Part shown: in pieces, positions 33,901 to 46,997 of the stretch
Layout: each line of letters starts with the position of its first letter
Numbering within the stretch: the first letter of the stretch is position 1
Source: Podarcis erhardii
Lineage: Eukaryota
Strand: one strand, 5' to 3'
Length of the DNA: 64,000 nt
NCBI GenBank assembly: GCA_964252035.1
Contig: OZ176215.1
Made by a program: the position numbers and the translations under genes
Notes under the pieces: model-generated
Seen by the model: only the letters and a program-made list of their open reading frames with translations
The model's database searches: none
What the model was told of the DNA's origin: nothing

Positions 33901-36211
33901 TGAGCCACCATGAGCTCAGAAACACATTTCCTGAGGCGAATGTGTCAGTCCCTGAAAAGGTGGACAGTTGCCTAGACAAGACTAAGTTACTGTCAATGTG
34001 AAAGTGCCTTGAAGAGATTTTTTCCTGCACCAGAGAATCTAGTCATAGGGCTTTTCAAAGGTGCCACCATTTCCCGTCACCTTTCCCAAAGCCAAGACAC
34101 AGCCACGAAAGAACGCAGCATGGAGATTTTGGGAGAGCTGAGAGGCTTTAAGATTCCCCTTGAAAACATCCAATAAAAACAGTCTACTGTGCATGGAAAA
34201 GAAGGGATGGAAGGAGCCTCCAGTCACACATATTCTGTGGTCAAGTGCTTCCTGCCATTTGTTAGCACTGCCAGTAAAAATGAGGGATTGTTTGATCCCC
34301 TTCCCTTTTTATCGAGCTGCAGGAAATGGCAAGCTCACATTTTGAAAAGAACCCCCCTCCCCGCCGCCCTCGCCTCCTCAAAATATGACATTTAGGGAAT
34401 GGAGTATTTCAGCGCTGACAGGATGGATCAGCTCAGAGAAGTTGGGGAATTAAAGCAGAGCCCTTCCACACCCTGACAACTTGGCTGCGGCCTAGCCGCT
34501 CTTAAAGCCCGGTCCCCTTGCTTCCCAAAAGAGTTTCTGGGAGGGGCAGGGGAAAACATTGGACATTTAGGCCACTGACACTTTTTAGTCGTGGGAAATG
34601 TTTCTGTGCATTTTTGTGTACTATCTGTGTGTAGGTGTGCATACTTGGTTTCTGTCCGCTGCTGACACCCACACCTCCCTCCCTCCACTCTCCGCTTAGA
34701 CTAAAAGTCCCGTCCAGCTGGAGGGGGCTACTGTGAGGCCAGCACCCCAGTAGTACACATCTGCTGGATAGACATTCTCTGACGCATTTGAGCCTTCCTT
34801 GCTTTGCGCCCAAACTCAGGCTCTGTGGTTGCAAGTGTGTTGCAGAGGAAAGGTGAGGATTCTTGATCCTCTTCACAAAGTTAAGTCGGTGCATTTGTAG
34901 TCACGCTGCTGTGTTGCATTTCTGCTCACATTGGAGGCTAATTTCTTCTGCTTCCCTTGTCCATGGCTTTTTTCAAACCCCTGCCTTCCATTCCTTGACC
35001 CTTTGCTCCTTTTCTGTGCCTTCTGCCCAGCGCAGACTTCCCCAGAAGACGTAAGCTGTTCTGGGTGCCCTGGGCACTTCGGCAAACGGAATCCTGCAAC
35101 CTGACCACCACCGCCGCCGCCCCTTGAGTTCAGATTTTAAGAGACAGCGGCAGGCGGGGAGTGGGGACAACCTCTGCTTGAAACTGCAAAATGACACTCC
35201 AACATCATTATCAGAGCCATGAATGGTGGTGGTGATCTCAAAGTAAAATTGCACTTTATTTAGCACTTCAGAGCAGGGATGGGCAAATGTGTCAATTTTT
35301 CTCCCAGTTTCTCAGTTTTTCCACTATTAAGTTCAGTTCTTCACGTATCCACATCAGTTTGTGATTTTTTAAAAGCCTCAGGATTTTAGCATGCACTTTT
35401 TCCAATATACACATTTTTGTATGCAGTTTTGTCAAAGGTACATCTTTTCCAAGCAATTCCCCACCCCCGCCCTGAATGAATTTTTTGTATGTTATTTTCA
35501 GTAATCTTTTAATGCACACTTTCTCCTGGTATTCACATTTTTGTGCACATTGCTTGGCGGGAGAACTGTGCTGCAAAAGTTGGACAAGTGCAAATTTTGA
35601 GAGATTTATTCTTTCTTGTAATTTTGGGGGAAGTGCCATGTAGGTCCACCTTTAAACAGGAACTGGATTGAACCTATTTATTAGGAAGGGTTTGGGAACA
35701 ATTAATCTACTTCACAGTCTGGGAGATTATCAGCCATTACCAGAACAAATCTGCAAATGGAAGGTGCTTGCAGAAGGAGCTGAAGAATTGCAGTGGAGTT
35801 AGGCTGGCATGGAAGGAGTGAAGGAAGAAGAAAGGAGTCATTTAAAGAGCTATTTTGCAGCTCAGTGCAAGTCCAAAGTCAACCTCAGGCCTGTCTGTGG
35901 TGCCTTTAACAAGGCAGGGCTTTGCTTGCTTATTCCACCTTCCCTGTCTCAGCCAGATGAAAAAAACATGGGGGTGGGGTCTCATTTAAAAGCTCCATTT
36001 ATAAGTTACACAAACACGCACCCCTACTTCCTCTGGCATGTTGTCTTGCTGAGGCGCTGGCAGCAGCATACAGGTCATCGCTGTCCTCGCCGCTTCTCAG
36101 CCTTTTCATTTCCCAATTTGTCTTGTTTTGGGAAAGTGTTTGAAAATCTGTTCTGTCTGAAGAGCAGCACTTAGTATTCCTTGGAATGAATTGCTTTTGC
36201 AAAGTTGCTCA

Positions 36212-36213
<2 letters not shown>

Positions 36214-36255
<42 letters not shown>
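36214..36255. repeat. (AT)21 microsatellite
   Basis: Direct reading. Confidence 0.95.
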
Positions 36256-36257
<2 letters not shown>

Positions 36258-38562
36258 GAAAATGAGCTTTTATTTGGGGGGATCAGTCATACATACCTCT
36301 TAACAAACAGAAACAAAAGGCCCCTCGAGACGTCGTTTTCATTGTGCATTCATGACTTTTGTGCTCATAGTCTTACTGGGGTGTTCACATACACAGTCCT
36401 GCTTTCAATATTGTTTGTGCAGTTTCATGCAGACATACTGCTTTGTTTCCAATCACCACGTCCCACAGTGTCCTGCTGAAACCTTGATTCAGGTGTGTGT
36501 GTCTTGCTTTTGTTGCAAGCATGCCCCTCCTGACGGCAGCCTTTGAATAACATGCCAGGACGACGAGTAACAAGCAGAATGTATGGATGGTCCAGCATAG
36601 ATCCACCATTACTATTGCTGTCTCACTGTTATGTTGCAAAATACACCTGTTCCAATATGGAATGTGTGGCGTGGGCTGTGCAGTCAACTGCAATTTAAGT
36701 GGCTAAGCTGGCAAAGGTTGCTTGGCTGCTAGGACTAGTCTCAGAGCAGCGTTCTGTAATTTCAGCAGTTGCAGGGCAAGCTAGGCTGGTGGACACCCCT
36801 TTCTTCCATGCCCCCCTCTCGCCCCACATGGCTGGGCTTGCTGATTTGCAATCCAAGTTTCTTAGGGATCAGCCCTCCATCTGTTCTCTGGGGGAACAGG
36901 ATCACATTCGGCCACACAGGTTATAATTTCTTCATTGTGATTAGTTTTCGGCATTCCCTTTTCTTAGCACTAAAGCACTGTTTTGGGGGTGGGGGAAGGG
37001 GAGCAGGAAGATCTTCTATCCACCTTAGGAAAGGGCCATTTATGGGACTTCTTCTGCACCAAAAATTGCTGGCTAGGTCAGAAAAGCCTGCCTTTGTCCA
37101 GACTGGTTTTCTGCCTCTACAATTCTCAACTTGTTCTAAAGCAAAGAAAAAAGGCCTGTGTGTTGGCTTCTCTAGGGAATGATGCTCAATAAAGCCAACG
37201 CAAACTGCTAAGGGAGGAGAAAGAAGGCCTGGTTTTGGTTCCTGCTCCCTTCTGCTGCCAGCAATAAAATGTACAACCACCGCCAGCAGCTGAGCACCCT
37301 ACCTTCACTCCTTCCAAATAAATGAAAGTGCTGGCCTTAAGAAATGCTGCCATCTAGCTGGCCAGACCTGGAACAGACACACATCCTTAAGGAGGACAAA
37401 CTTCTCACTTGCCACCAATGGTGCAGCAACATTCAATGTAACAAACTTCAGTCCTCTGAATTGTAAAGTGATGCATGTGATTTTACAACTGTCCTGATGC
37501 TACTTGGAAGACAAAACACCACTAGGCTATTTTACAGATTGGCATATATATGAGGAGGTAATGTGGGACCATAGCTGACCGCTTTGTGGGCAGTTCTCTA
37601 TGGTGGAGTGGCATGGGGGGCAGTACAGCTGTGAGACTTTGTTCAGGTGTCAGAAGTGATGACCTCGCCTGCCAGAATGCCATGATAATTGATGGACCTT
37701 CTTTACTCTGGAAGTGAAAAAGAGGCTTCCAAATTCCTTTGTGACAGATAAGCAGAGAGGATGTTGGGGAATGAGGGAAATAACTGCAAGGTGAGTGCTG
37801 CTTTCCTTTCCTTACTTTACACTAGCAGATTCAGGAAATGTGTTATTTGCAAGATTCTCTCTCTCTCAGTGTGTATAGACTAATACACTTTCCATATAAT
37901 TATACAGAATGGATAAACAGAGCTGCCTACATTTCTGGATTCTCCCTGGGGGTATGAAAGAAAGGACAGCTTAATTTGAGGCACAAAGTCAATCCAGGAA
38001 GCTATGCTAGCAGCTTTCAAATTGTGAACATGCGAAACAACACTTGAGGAAGTGCTATGCAAAATGTGTTTTAAAGCTGCTCCATGCTGCATTTCCAGGC
38101 TCTGGGCTGGGCAATCTCTGAGCTGAACTTCAGTTCACATAGCCAATGATTAGGGATGACGATGCAAGTTGAAATTCACCAACATCTGCAGGGGATCACA
38201 GCTTCCCTAGTCCTACTTTAGGGTCACAGCTTCCAGATTTTAATATAAGCATAAGGCCCTCCTGTGGCTCCCAGCAACTGGTATGCCAAAGGTCACGGAC
38301 AAACAGCACAGCTATCATGAGTGGCACCCATGGAAAACATGCAAGTCTTCCAAATGAAATAGTATAAAAGCATTAGAGTAGCAGGTGCCCGTTTCCTCCT
38401 TTAGACAGTTGCTCTGCTCCACAAGTCTCCTGGTTGGGTTCAGTGATGAGGGCTCCTGCATGCCTTGCCCCATCCTGTCATATGAAATAGCCATTTTTAA
38501 CATCACACACAAGAATCATGAGAGCTCCATATTGCTGGCAATAAGCTTCTCCCCTCTCTTTT

Positions 38563-38568
38563 TTTATT
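38563..38568 (-). terminator. Candidate distal NCOR2 polyadenylation signal
   Basis: First canonical AATAAA on - after the NCOR2 stop (manual scan of 38560-43300); GU-rich ttcttgtgtgtgatgtt lies ~50 nt downstream. Confidence 0.5.
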
Positions 38569-41500
38569 TAAACAGTAAGGCAGTGCTCTGACACTGCAAA
38601 CCCACAGTGCTTGCTTAGTGGGCATGTAGAGCGAAAAACCAAAATAACAACAGTGAACAAAAACTTCACTTTCAGTAGAAGAAAAAAAACCCCAACCTTT
38701 TAGAGCAAGCTGCATAAATATTTACAACTTAGCAGTTTCTATATACAGTCCATTCTATCATACAACTTGCTTTGAAACAACTATGCACAATTTGGTTGTA
38801 CAAAAGATAGATTTCTTTTCCCACCCTCCCCCTTGTACATGTCAAACAATAAAATTGTCCTTTTAATCTCTTTTTTTGTTTTTTTGTTTTTATGTGTTTG
38901 TACAAATTACAAAGTTGGTAACACTTCAAACTTTAATAGTTTAACATAACTTCCTTTTTTCTTGATTGCACAATTAATAAAAAAAAAAATCATAGCCAGG
39001 TAGCACAATAGAGATCTATATGTCACTAAAACCGACGCAAATTATGCAGACAGTTGTGTATGAAGGATGGCTTTCCTCTGAAGCTAACACACAGTGCTCG
39101 GTGCTCACCTTACGTAGAGCTAACAGTCAATGGGGACGAGGCTCATCTGCATTTGGTTGAACTGTAGTGAGTTAGGTTTTACCGAGATCTGGCTTGTGCG
39201 TGCAAGTACACACATGGATATGTGCCAGGCCACTGATTCAGGCACAAAGAAAATGTGTGTGTATGTATTTCTTATACATGCACACGCAAATGGAATAATA
39301 TGTATACACAGAACCCAAGAGTATATATATATATATAAATATATACACACACACATGTACAGAGAATGTACAATGTCTGGTAATGCGGGAATAACCTTTT
39401 GGAAGGGAGGAGGGGCTATTCCTAAATCCCTTAGTGGAATGTACACATGACCTCAACTTGCAAGCAGTGGCAAGAGATGGTGTTCCAAAATTGTGAACGT
39501 GTCGGTCAAGGAAAGGCTATGTGAAGCAGCACAAATTCAATATGGTCTAACAACAACAATAAAATAACCTCGTCAGCTGTGAGCAAATCCTATCTGATCT
39601 GTGCAAATGGTTCTGTGATGAGTAAGACAAATTTTTTGTGGGCAGCAAGTCTACAAAAATGTGGTCTGTGTATGTCACTTTAAAAAAAACACAGCCAAGG
39701 GCATTTGGACCAGTGATATAAATATGGATATTTTTAAAAAGATCAGGGTAAATACTGGTTAAAGCACAAAAAACCTTAGACCCACCCTGCACAATGTTTT
39801 TCCTACATGGAGATAATCTGAGTGTAGGGAGAAGCATGTATCCCATGATGTAAGAAGCAACACAAGCACAAGCCAGTCGTCACACACGGACTGGCTTTCT
39901 GATTTTTGTGCTTGTGGTAAACTAAACTTTCTCCCTGCACATGGACTCCACAGAGATTATCTTTGCATAGGTAAAAACTCTGTATGAGGCCACCCCCAAG
40001 ATAAGAAAAGCAGTGGCTGGAAGCGACAGGGACGAAGGAGAGGGAAGCTGTGCAGGTAAACTTAACACTGCCAGTGTCCAATAAATACAATAAATGCTGC
40101 TTCATCTATCACTGGGTTTGTTGGGCAAAACATGCACTATTTTCCAGTTATTACTTGATTGCAAATTAGGATGATTGTGTAAGAGTGAGTTACTGACTTG
40201 GCCTAAATGAACTGATGGCAGGAGAGATGCTTTCGTGTTAAGATTGACAGTCAATGACACTCTCAGAGCAGTCACTGGCAGAAACTCCATCTGTGCCAAC
40301 AGGCTATTGCTGACACTGGGTGTAATCCCAGCCAAGTCTCACCTCTCCGCAAGCCATTTGGCCCAACGTTGCACAATCAGCATCCAGTCATGCTTGTGGG
40401 GGCGTCCCTTTCCTTGTCAGAGTGGAGTGAATGGGCCTTCTGTCACTGGGAAAGATTTAAAGGTTTCACTACTGTGAACTGTAGCTCTTGTGACAGAGCC
40501 AGGATTTTAAGCGGCATTCATTGACGACCCCCAAAGTGGTAAAACTTCAAGTCTTGCTAGGACTGAAGAAGCACGTATCGCTGGCATTCTTGCAAGAATG
40601 GTCTTAGGCACATGCGGCTAAGTATATTTCAGTATAAAACTCTTTAACCACTTTTCTGCTAAGAACACTCAAAGGTGGTGTATGTGAAATGATAAAACAA
40701 TGCAAATCAGATGAAGTGACACAAAACAGCATGCAGGCACAAAGCACTGGTTTGGTGGTTGTTTTGTCACTAACACAACTGTGGCTCGGTTCTGGGTTAT
40801 GACATTTCCCATAAGCTGATGAGCAAACTGTTTCACTGTCTATGCAGACAGATTAAGTACGATATACAGAATAGTGTCAAGGGGGGGGGGGGAATGCACA
40901 TGACTGTATTTCTTGCCCAGTGAGAAAAGTATCCTCAGGTGGGCCTCTAGAAGGAAGGACTGGGCATTAAGGGAAGGCCCCTGATGCAAGCTCAAGGCAC
41001 CTTCTACTCCCTTTCTGGTGTGGGCCTGTTGGGTTCTCCTGACCCTGGATTTCAGAGTCCAATTTGGGTACATGTTCACAAAGCGGTCTTTTGGAAGGGT
41101 GGCTGTGCTGTTTTAATCTCCTGGAATCCACATGCAACTTGAGCTGAGCTAAGAGGAAGCAGCACTTGGAAAGCTAGACCATGCATGGCTCTAGAATTCC
41201 TCCTCTGCCCTGCCTTTTAACCTGGCCAATGTCCTGGCCCTTTTCTTCAGAGCAGTTTGCATGGCGGTAGATCTGTGCCAAACACCTGTGCTGGGGATTT
41301 TTGGTTTTGCAAACCTTTAGCAACCAGCAAAGCCCTGCAGGGCATGGAAATGGAGGCAGGGCAGTGTCATTCTGCAAGAACTGTAGCTCTGCTGGGGACA
41401 AGTGTTTTAGGAGCAGAGGCGTACAGGATAATGAGATGGATTCTCTCAGTAGATGTTCTTGCACAGAACCTCCACATTTTTGTGTCTTAACTAGTTTAGC

Positions 41501-42296
41501 AAACAACAAACAACAGTTTCATCATCAAAACTGGATGGTGTGTGGGAGAAAGATGGGTGAGAAGGAAAACAAAATAGCAAATCTCACTGTAGAAACAAAC
41601 TCACACAGTACAAAAACTCTGGTGCTGTGATGTTGATGTTCCCTGGTTGCTGTGTCAAAATACTCATCTTATGAAAACACGACTCTTGTCTGTTCCTGCA
41701 GAGAAGCTGTTCCCCAGATCTGCTCCCTCAAGGGGACAGAATGAAAATGATGTGTGAAAAAAGGAGGAGAATATATATATATGATGAAAAAGGAAGTCTA
41801 AAGTGTTATGATTGGGGGGTGGGGGGGGAGAAGCAAACACCCACAAATGGAAAAACAGAACATTGTGGGCAATACACCAAAAACATGTAAACTTCCTGTG
41901 AGTGTCTTGGCCTCTCTCACTGCTCCCAAAAGAGACAAATCTCACTTGAAAAGTGTTCATGTTATCTCCATGCTGGAGTGTTAACTATGCAAATAAGGGC
42001 CCTACAGTTGTGACTATATATTTATATATATATAATATATTATATATATACTTCTTCATTTTCTTTTTCTTTTTTTTTAAAAAACTAAGTTAATACATTC
42101 TACTGAATTACAGAACCATTTTGTTGGAACATTGTTACCTCTTGACAGTTCCATACAATGGACAAACCCATCAAAAGCTGGCATGCAACATAGAAATCCT
42201 CTTTGTACAGGAGCAGAGACCGAAAAGCAGCATATAACACTGTTTTTAACGTCCTTCCTTGCGCAAACACATCATTTGCCAAAGGTATCAAAAATA

Positions 42297-42307
42297 TACC
42301 CTGTAGA
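42297..42307 (-). promoter_or_regulatory. miR-10a/b 8-mer site with pairing extended to miRNA nt 1-11
   Basis: + strand taccctgtaga equals miR-10-5p nt 1-11, so the mRNA carries UCUACAGGGUA. Confidence 0.65.
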
Positions 42308-43300
42308 CCATATACACAGCGTTGTTTTGAAGAAACAACATATTCAAAACAGCTGCTTCCCCCCCTCCCCCCCTCTATCTGCAGCTAATGTCAATATAGA
42401 GGAATTTGTTTCAATTACAATGCAAACCCAGCATTCCTTTCTCCAAAGGAATCATTCCTTTCCTTTTCCTGTTTTTGGCTTGTCCTCTGGCTCCTGCATC
42501 CACAGCATTGCTGCCTGAATCTGTATTTGTTGAAAGTTCAGGTGAAGCTCCCCTCCATATATCTCTATGGGTGCAGAGAAACAAACTTATTTAACTGTGA
42601 GAAACAGAAGAAACCAACACTTTCTTCCAGAGGGCTGCTCTGAATTGTCTCCCTACACAACCAACATGCAACTCCATGGGTGAAACCCCTCGTGAAGGTA
42701 AAAAAAGAGGCAGGTTGAAGGAAGGGGCGGCTGAATGAATCCTATTTTCAAGTACTGGATTAACAGGCCACTACAGTGTGCAGAGGAAAGATGGGTCACA
42801 GAGGTGGGAACACGCAAGCAGCACACACCACCTTCTCCCCATGGGCCCCCCGTTCCCCCTCTCTCATCTGGGCTGAAGGACAGAATTGGAATCCCCTGAG
42901 TGTTAGTAACCGAGATTCAGCGACTGGTTACAGTCCCTTGGGGGAGCTTTCAGGGCTCCACACTGCTGCCCCCCCATTAGCTTGGTTTAATTTCTTGCTG
43001 CAATGGCTCAAGGTATCAGCACCAAATTGGGAGAGAGGATTTGGATGGGTTCCATTTTCTTGGTTTGTTTTTTTTAAGGCTTTAAAACTGAAGAGATTTT
43101 TTTCCCAACTCCCTTCCAGATGTGACAAATAATATCAGCTGACTGGAACAGTGCTGCTCCTGCACCTGGCCTAGGACAGCCGCACTCTGCGACAGCCAGC
43201 CACAATCCCCAGGCCCTTGGGCTGACTCAACAGCCAACCTATCAATATCTGTCCATTTGTTGCTGGGCTTTTTCTCCGTCTCGCTTCCTCTTCTCCCTCC

Positions 43301-43482
43301 TCATTCACTGTCCGAGAGGGTCTCGTACTGCGAGACGAGCAGCGGCTTGGGCTCCTCCTCCCAGCCGTGGTGCTGGCTGTTGGAGTTGCCCTGTGGAACG
43401 GAGGCAGGCGGTGGTGGGGCAGCTGCCACCAGACCTGTGGGAAGCCTCATTGTCAGCGGGTTGTATGGAAATGGCGTTGAAC
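43301..43482 (-). CDS. NCOR2: NCOR2 exon 46 (terminal coding part)
   Basis: cag|GT TCA ACG; GSTPFPYNPLTMRL...EEEPKPLLVSQYETLSDSE-TGA; the C-terminal LSD motif binds SPEN/SHARP in characterised orthologues. Confidence 0.97.
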
Positions 43483-44399
43483 CTGCGTTGAGACAGGAGG
43501 ACAAGGCAAGGTCAAAGAGTTGGCCAACCACTGGCCCAGAAGGTCTCAAATTCTTTGTTCCCAAGGAAGCAGCCTCCCTCTTTTCTTTCTTGCACGCTTT
43601 CCCAAAAATGTGGCACTGATCCTAGCATTTATTACTCTCCCGCCTCTAGAAGGCACTTTATTAATTTAATAGATTTCTGGCTTGCTTCTAAGGGTTAAAA
43701 CTCCCACAAAGAGGATTACAGCATATTTTTAAAAGCAGAGTAAATAATCAAACCATTAACCCCCCCCCCCCAATATGACCCACTGAGAAAGGGAGGGAGG
43801 CAGGGGGGAGGGAGAGCCTCAGTACAGGCTCTTTAGAAGAGTGTTGGATTTTCTTGCTGGGAGCAGAGGTGACCAGGTTTCATTCCCATCCTGGAGATGC
43901 TAGACCTTAGCCTGCACTGCATGTGAATGGAGAGGAGAGGAGAGCAGGAAGTATGTGAGCTGTGTCATGCATGCAACACATTGCTATAAGAATCGTTCTC
44001 CAATGCTGCAACCATGAGGTGTATATTGGAGAACATAGCTATGACTAGCTTTTTCCACCATATAACTGGGAAGCAGGTGCTGGGCAGTTTAACCAGAGAT
44101 TCCCAAGTGCCAGCAGCATCTAAACTGGGTCAACGAGAAAGCTCTCGCAAGATGAGGTACCATAACTAGAGTAAGCTGAACTGAAGGCTGGTTTGAGGAG
44201 GAAAACTGCTGCAGCATGGCCTGGCTAAGCCTGTTTGCATTGCATGGCAGGTGACTGGTGGGCTGGCTAAACCACAGCAGGGTGACCTGTCACCTTCATT
44301 ATTCATTTCTGTGGACACTTTTGAAGTGTTAGAACAATCAGAAAGCGATCACTTTTCAATATCAGCGTCCCTGTGTCCTCTAATAGAACGCATACCTAC

Positions 44400-44740
44400 A
44401 ACTGAATCTGCAAGTTTGAGTGGATAAATACGGGGCGTGTAAAGACTGAAATCGTCTCACAGATTGAGCAGCGCTATCCGAGATACACTCTATAGCAACT
44501 GTCTGACGAGTTTGTGTCAATTTTTTATGACCAGGTCTTCAAATCCTGCTGATGTCTTCTACCAAATTGTAACAGAACTCAGACCCTATTTGATAACTTC
44601 TGCAATCACTAACTACAAATAATCAACAAAGCTTCATTGGTTTGATGGTCAAGGCAAAGCAGCTAAGAAAGTTCTGGCTAAGACAATTAGGGTTTCTTGT
44701 ACGAATCCATCAGAGGAATTCCCTTGTATTGCTGACCCTG
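44400..44740 (+). mobile_element. Old LINE ORF2 inter-domain fragment (family uncertain)
   Basis: Broken reading frames with in-frame stops, containing KLHWFDGQGKAAKKVL, similar to the WFD..C..AK motif between LINE EN and RT. Confidence 0.35.
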
Positions 44741-44861
44741 GCTCCCTGAAATTCATTTCCTCACATCTTTGTACCTGCTAACACCAACCACAGTGCTTCC
44801 TGACTGTTTCCAGCCACTAGATGCAGCCAGCGTGGCACAAAGAGACTCCTTCCCTTGTTAC

Positions 44862-45038
44862 CTGCAGATGACGGCCTGTCCTCCCAGACGCGGTTGGTGA
44901 GAGGTGTCCTTCTGTTACAGTCTCCCTCTGAATGAACAGATGACACAGATGGTGGCCTCTCAGAGGAGGACAGGCCTGGTCCTGGCGACTTGGCCTTGCG
45001 GCTGTTGGCTCTGGCAGCAATCTTTGGCTTCCCTCCTC
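44862..45038 (-). CDS. NCOR2: NCOR2 exon 45
   Basis: gtcag|GA...GCA G|gtaaca; GGGKPKIAARANSRKAKSP...SEGDCNRRTPLTNRVWEDRPSSA; 177 nt. Confidence 0.96.
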
Positions 45039-45664
45039 CTGACAAAAGAAGAACCATTCAAACAACCAAATGGTGGCCAGGTGTTCTCACATGACTAGGG
45101 AGGGCTTGATGCCCTAAAAGGGGCTCTTTAATGACAGGAAGAGGAAAACAATGCTGAGCAGATAGCAGGGCAGATTTAGAAAGCTGGGAGACACAGGTAT
45201 TAAATCCTTCCCACTCAAAAACTGGCCGCAAATTCAGTATGTGGCCGATGGGGGCAAACCGCTACTAGATTCAGGTTCCCATCAGGCAAAGTGAAAACTC
45301 CTCCCTCCTCCCCCAGCACATCATAGGGTGTGTCCCTTCCTTTTGGCATCTAATAGATAGATGTCAGGGATTCATGGAAAGAGATCCCTCTTTAAGGCTG
45401 TGGGCACTTAGCCTTGGTTCCCTTTTGGGGACAGGGAACAACTAGGACAAGATCTCCAAGATCTAATGCACACCTTAGTGCAAGTGTGAGTTATCTGCAC
45501 TATGCTGCTTTTAATGGGACACATCCTCTGGTGCACACCCAAACAGGCACCTTGCACGGGCATGTGCTACCAAATGCACATTCTGTGGAAAGCCAACATG
45601 GTGCAAACAGGCAGCACTTGCAACTTGGATGTGCAGCTCCTAGTCTGGCATATAATACATCCGG

Positions 45665-46095
45665 AAAAGGCTGCTTTCACATGCACAAATGGTTTGTTCA
45701 GCACAACAAGGCAAACTATGGCTTGCCACAATTGCAAAGATGTGTGGGCTCCCAGAGAGGAGTTTGCAACAGCTTTGCTGCTTGATGGTCCTTCTTACTG
45801 TTGCATTGTGTCAAGGTTTGACTTGGCTGTCTGCCTGAACTGGAGCTTGTGATTAAGCACTCTCCTCACTAACCATGAGTTGGAGCCAAGGTTTGTTCAT
45901 GTTTTCAGCTTCTGGTTAGTGAGGAGAGTGTTTAACCACAGGCCCCTGGCTCAGTCGATATGCTGAACTGAACTGTGGCTTAGCTCAGCATGGCAGTAAA
46001 AAGGATTGGGAAGGAGCAAAGTGGCTGCCAGCTGCTCCCTTGGCACCCACATGTTGTGCGGTCCCAGTAAGCCATAGTCTGACTTGCTGTGCTGC
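45665..46095. mobile_element. Palindromic MITE (probably PIF/Harbinger-like)
   Basis: Central inverted repeat cactctcctcactaacca / tggttagtgaggagagtg with imperfect outer arms. Confidence 0.5.
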
Positions 46096-46766
46096 GAGAT
46101 CTCTGTTGCTGTACTAGGTGAGGCAACATGGGTGGTGGGGAGAGGAAACCTTTCCTTCTCTGTTTTTCTGAGGGTGGGACATAACAAACAAAAGGCAGGA
46201 ACAAACAGACAAACCATGGACACACTTTTCGCAAGTCTGCATTTGTAAATGTGTATATTGACAGCATGATGTTAAGAAAACACCTGAACATAAACACCTA
46301 GTTCTCCCTTAGCCATACAAATGTATTTTGTTCACACCCTTCCTTTGCACCCGCCCTTCACTTATCCTGGCCCTTCCCAGCAAGCCTGGAAGAGGATTTG
46401 GGGGATTTCCTGCTTTTCCTCCATGACCCCAGCATCTTCAATGCCCCCAGCCTTTCTGACAACTGCACCCCTCCCCATCAAAAAGAGAGAGAAAGGACAG
46501 CACCAATGGTCAGTGTTTCAGAGGAAGCAAAATGGCACTTCCAGCCTAACAAATTAAAGTGCTTCTTATCCAGCCAGGAACTGAGATTAATCGGTGTAAT
46601 TAAAAATGGGAACAGAAAGTAAATGCCCAAAAGCTTAAAGAGAAAGGATCTGGGGTGGGGGTGAGACACGAAAACCACTGAAAAGACAAAGAGAGAGGGG
46701 TTAACAGCACAAAGAGAGGGTTTAATAACACAGTGAAAAGGGCAACAAAGGGGGGGGGCTGCAGAC

Positions 46767-46997
46767 CTGGCAAGGAGGAGTGCATGTCGTCAATCCGTCC
46801 GTCAGCAGTGGTTACAGGCATAGCAGCGGGCAAGCTTGCACTGGCATTCAGAGGGTTAAAAGCATTGGCACTGAGAGGAGAGCGCTCGTCCCACTGCTCG
46901 TCATATTTACCCATTAGGGCCTTCCTAATAATTGCCTCCAACCCCATGTTGGTACTGGAGTTTTCTTGGACCGACTGGCTCCTACAACTGATTAACC
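46767..46997 (-). CDS. NCOR2: NCOR2 exon 44 (44a 46997-46911; 44b extension 46910-46767); CoRNR box LEAIIRKAL
   Basis: cccag|GG TTA; STNMGLEAIIRKALMG|KYDEQW...SSLP; internal donor G|gtaaat at 46910, distal donor G|gtctgc at 46766. Confidence 0.96.

Noticed and set aside
37650-37720. Box C (GTGATGA) suggesting a C/D snoRNA
   Set aside because: No box D (CTGA) at a suitable distance, no terminal stem, and not intronic.
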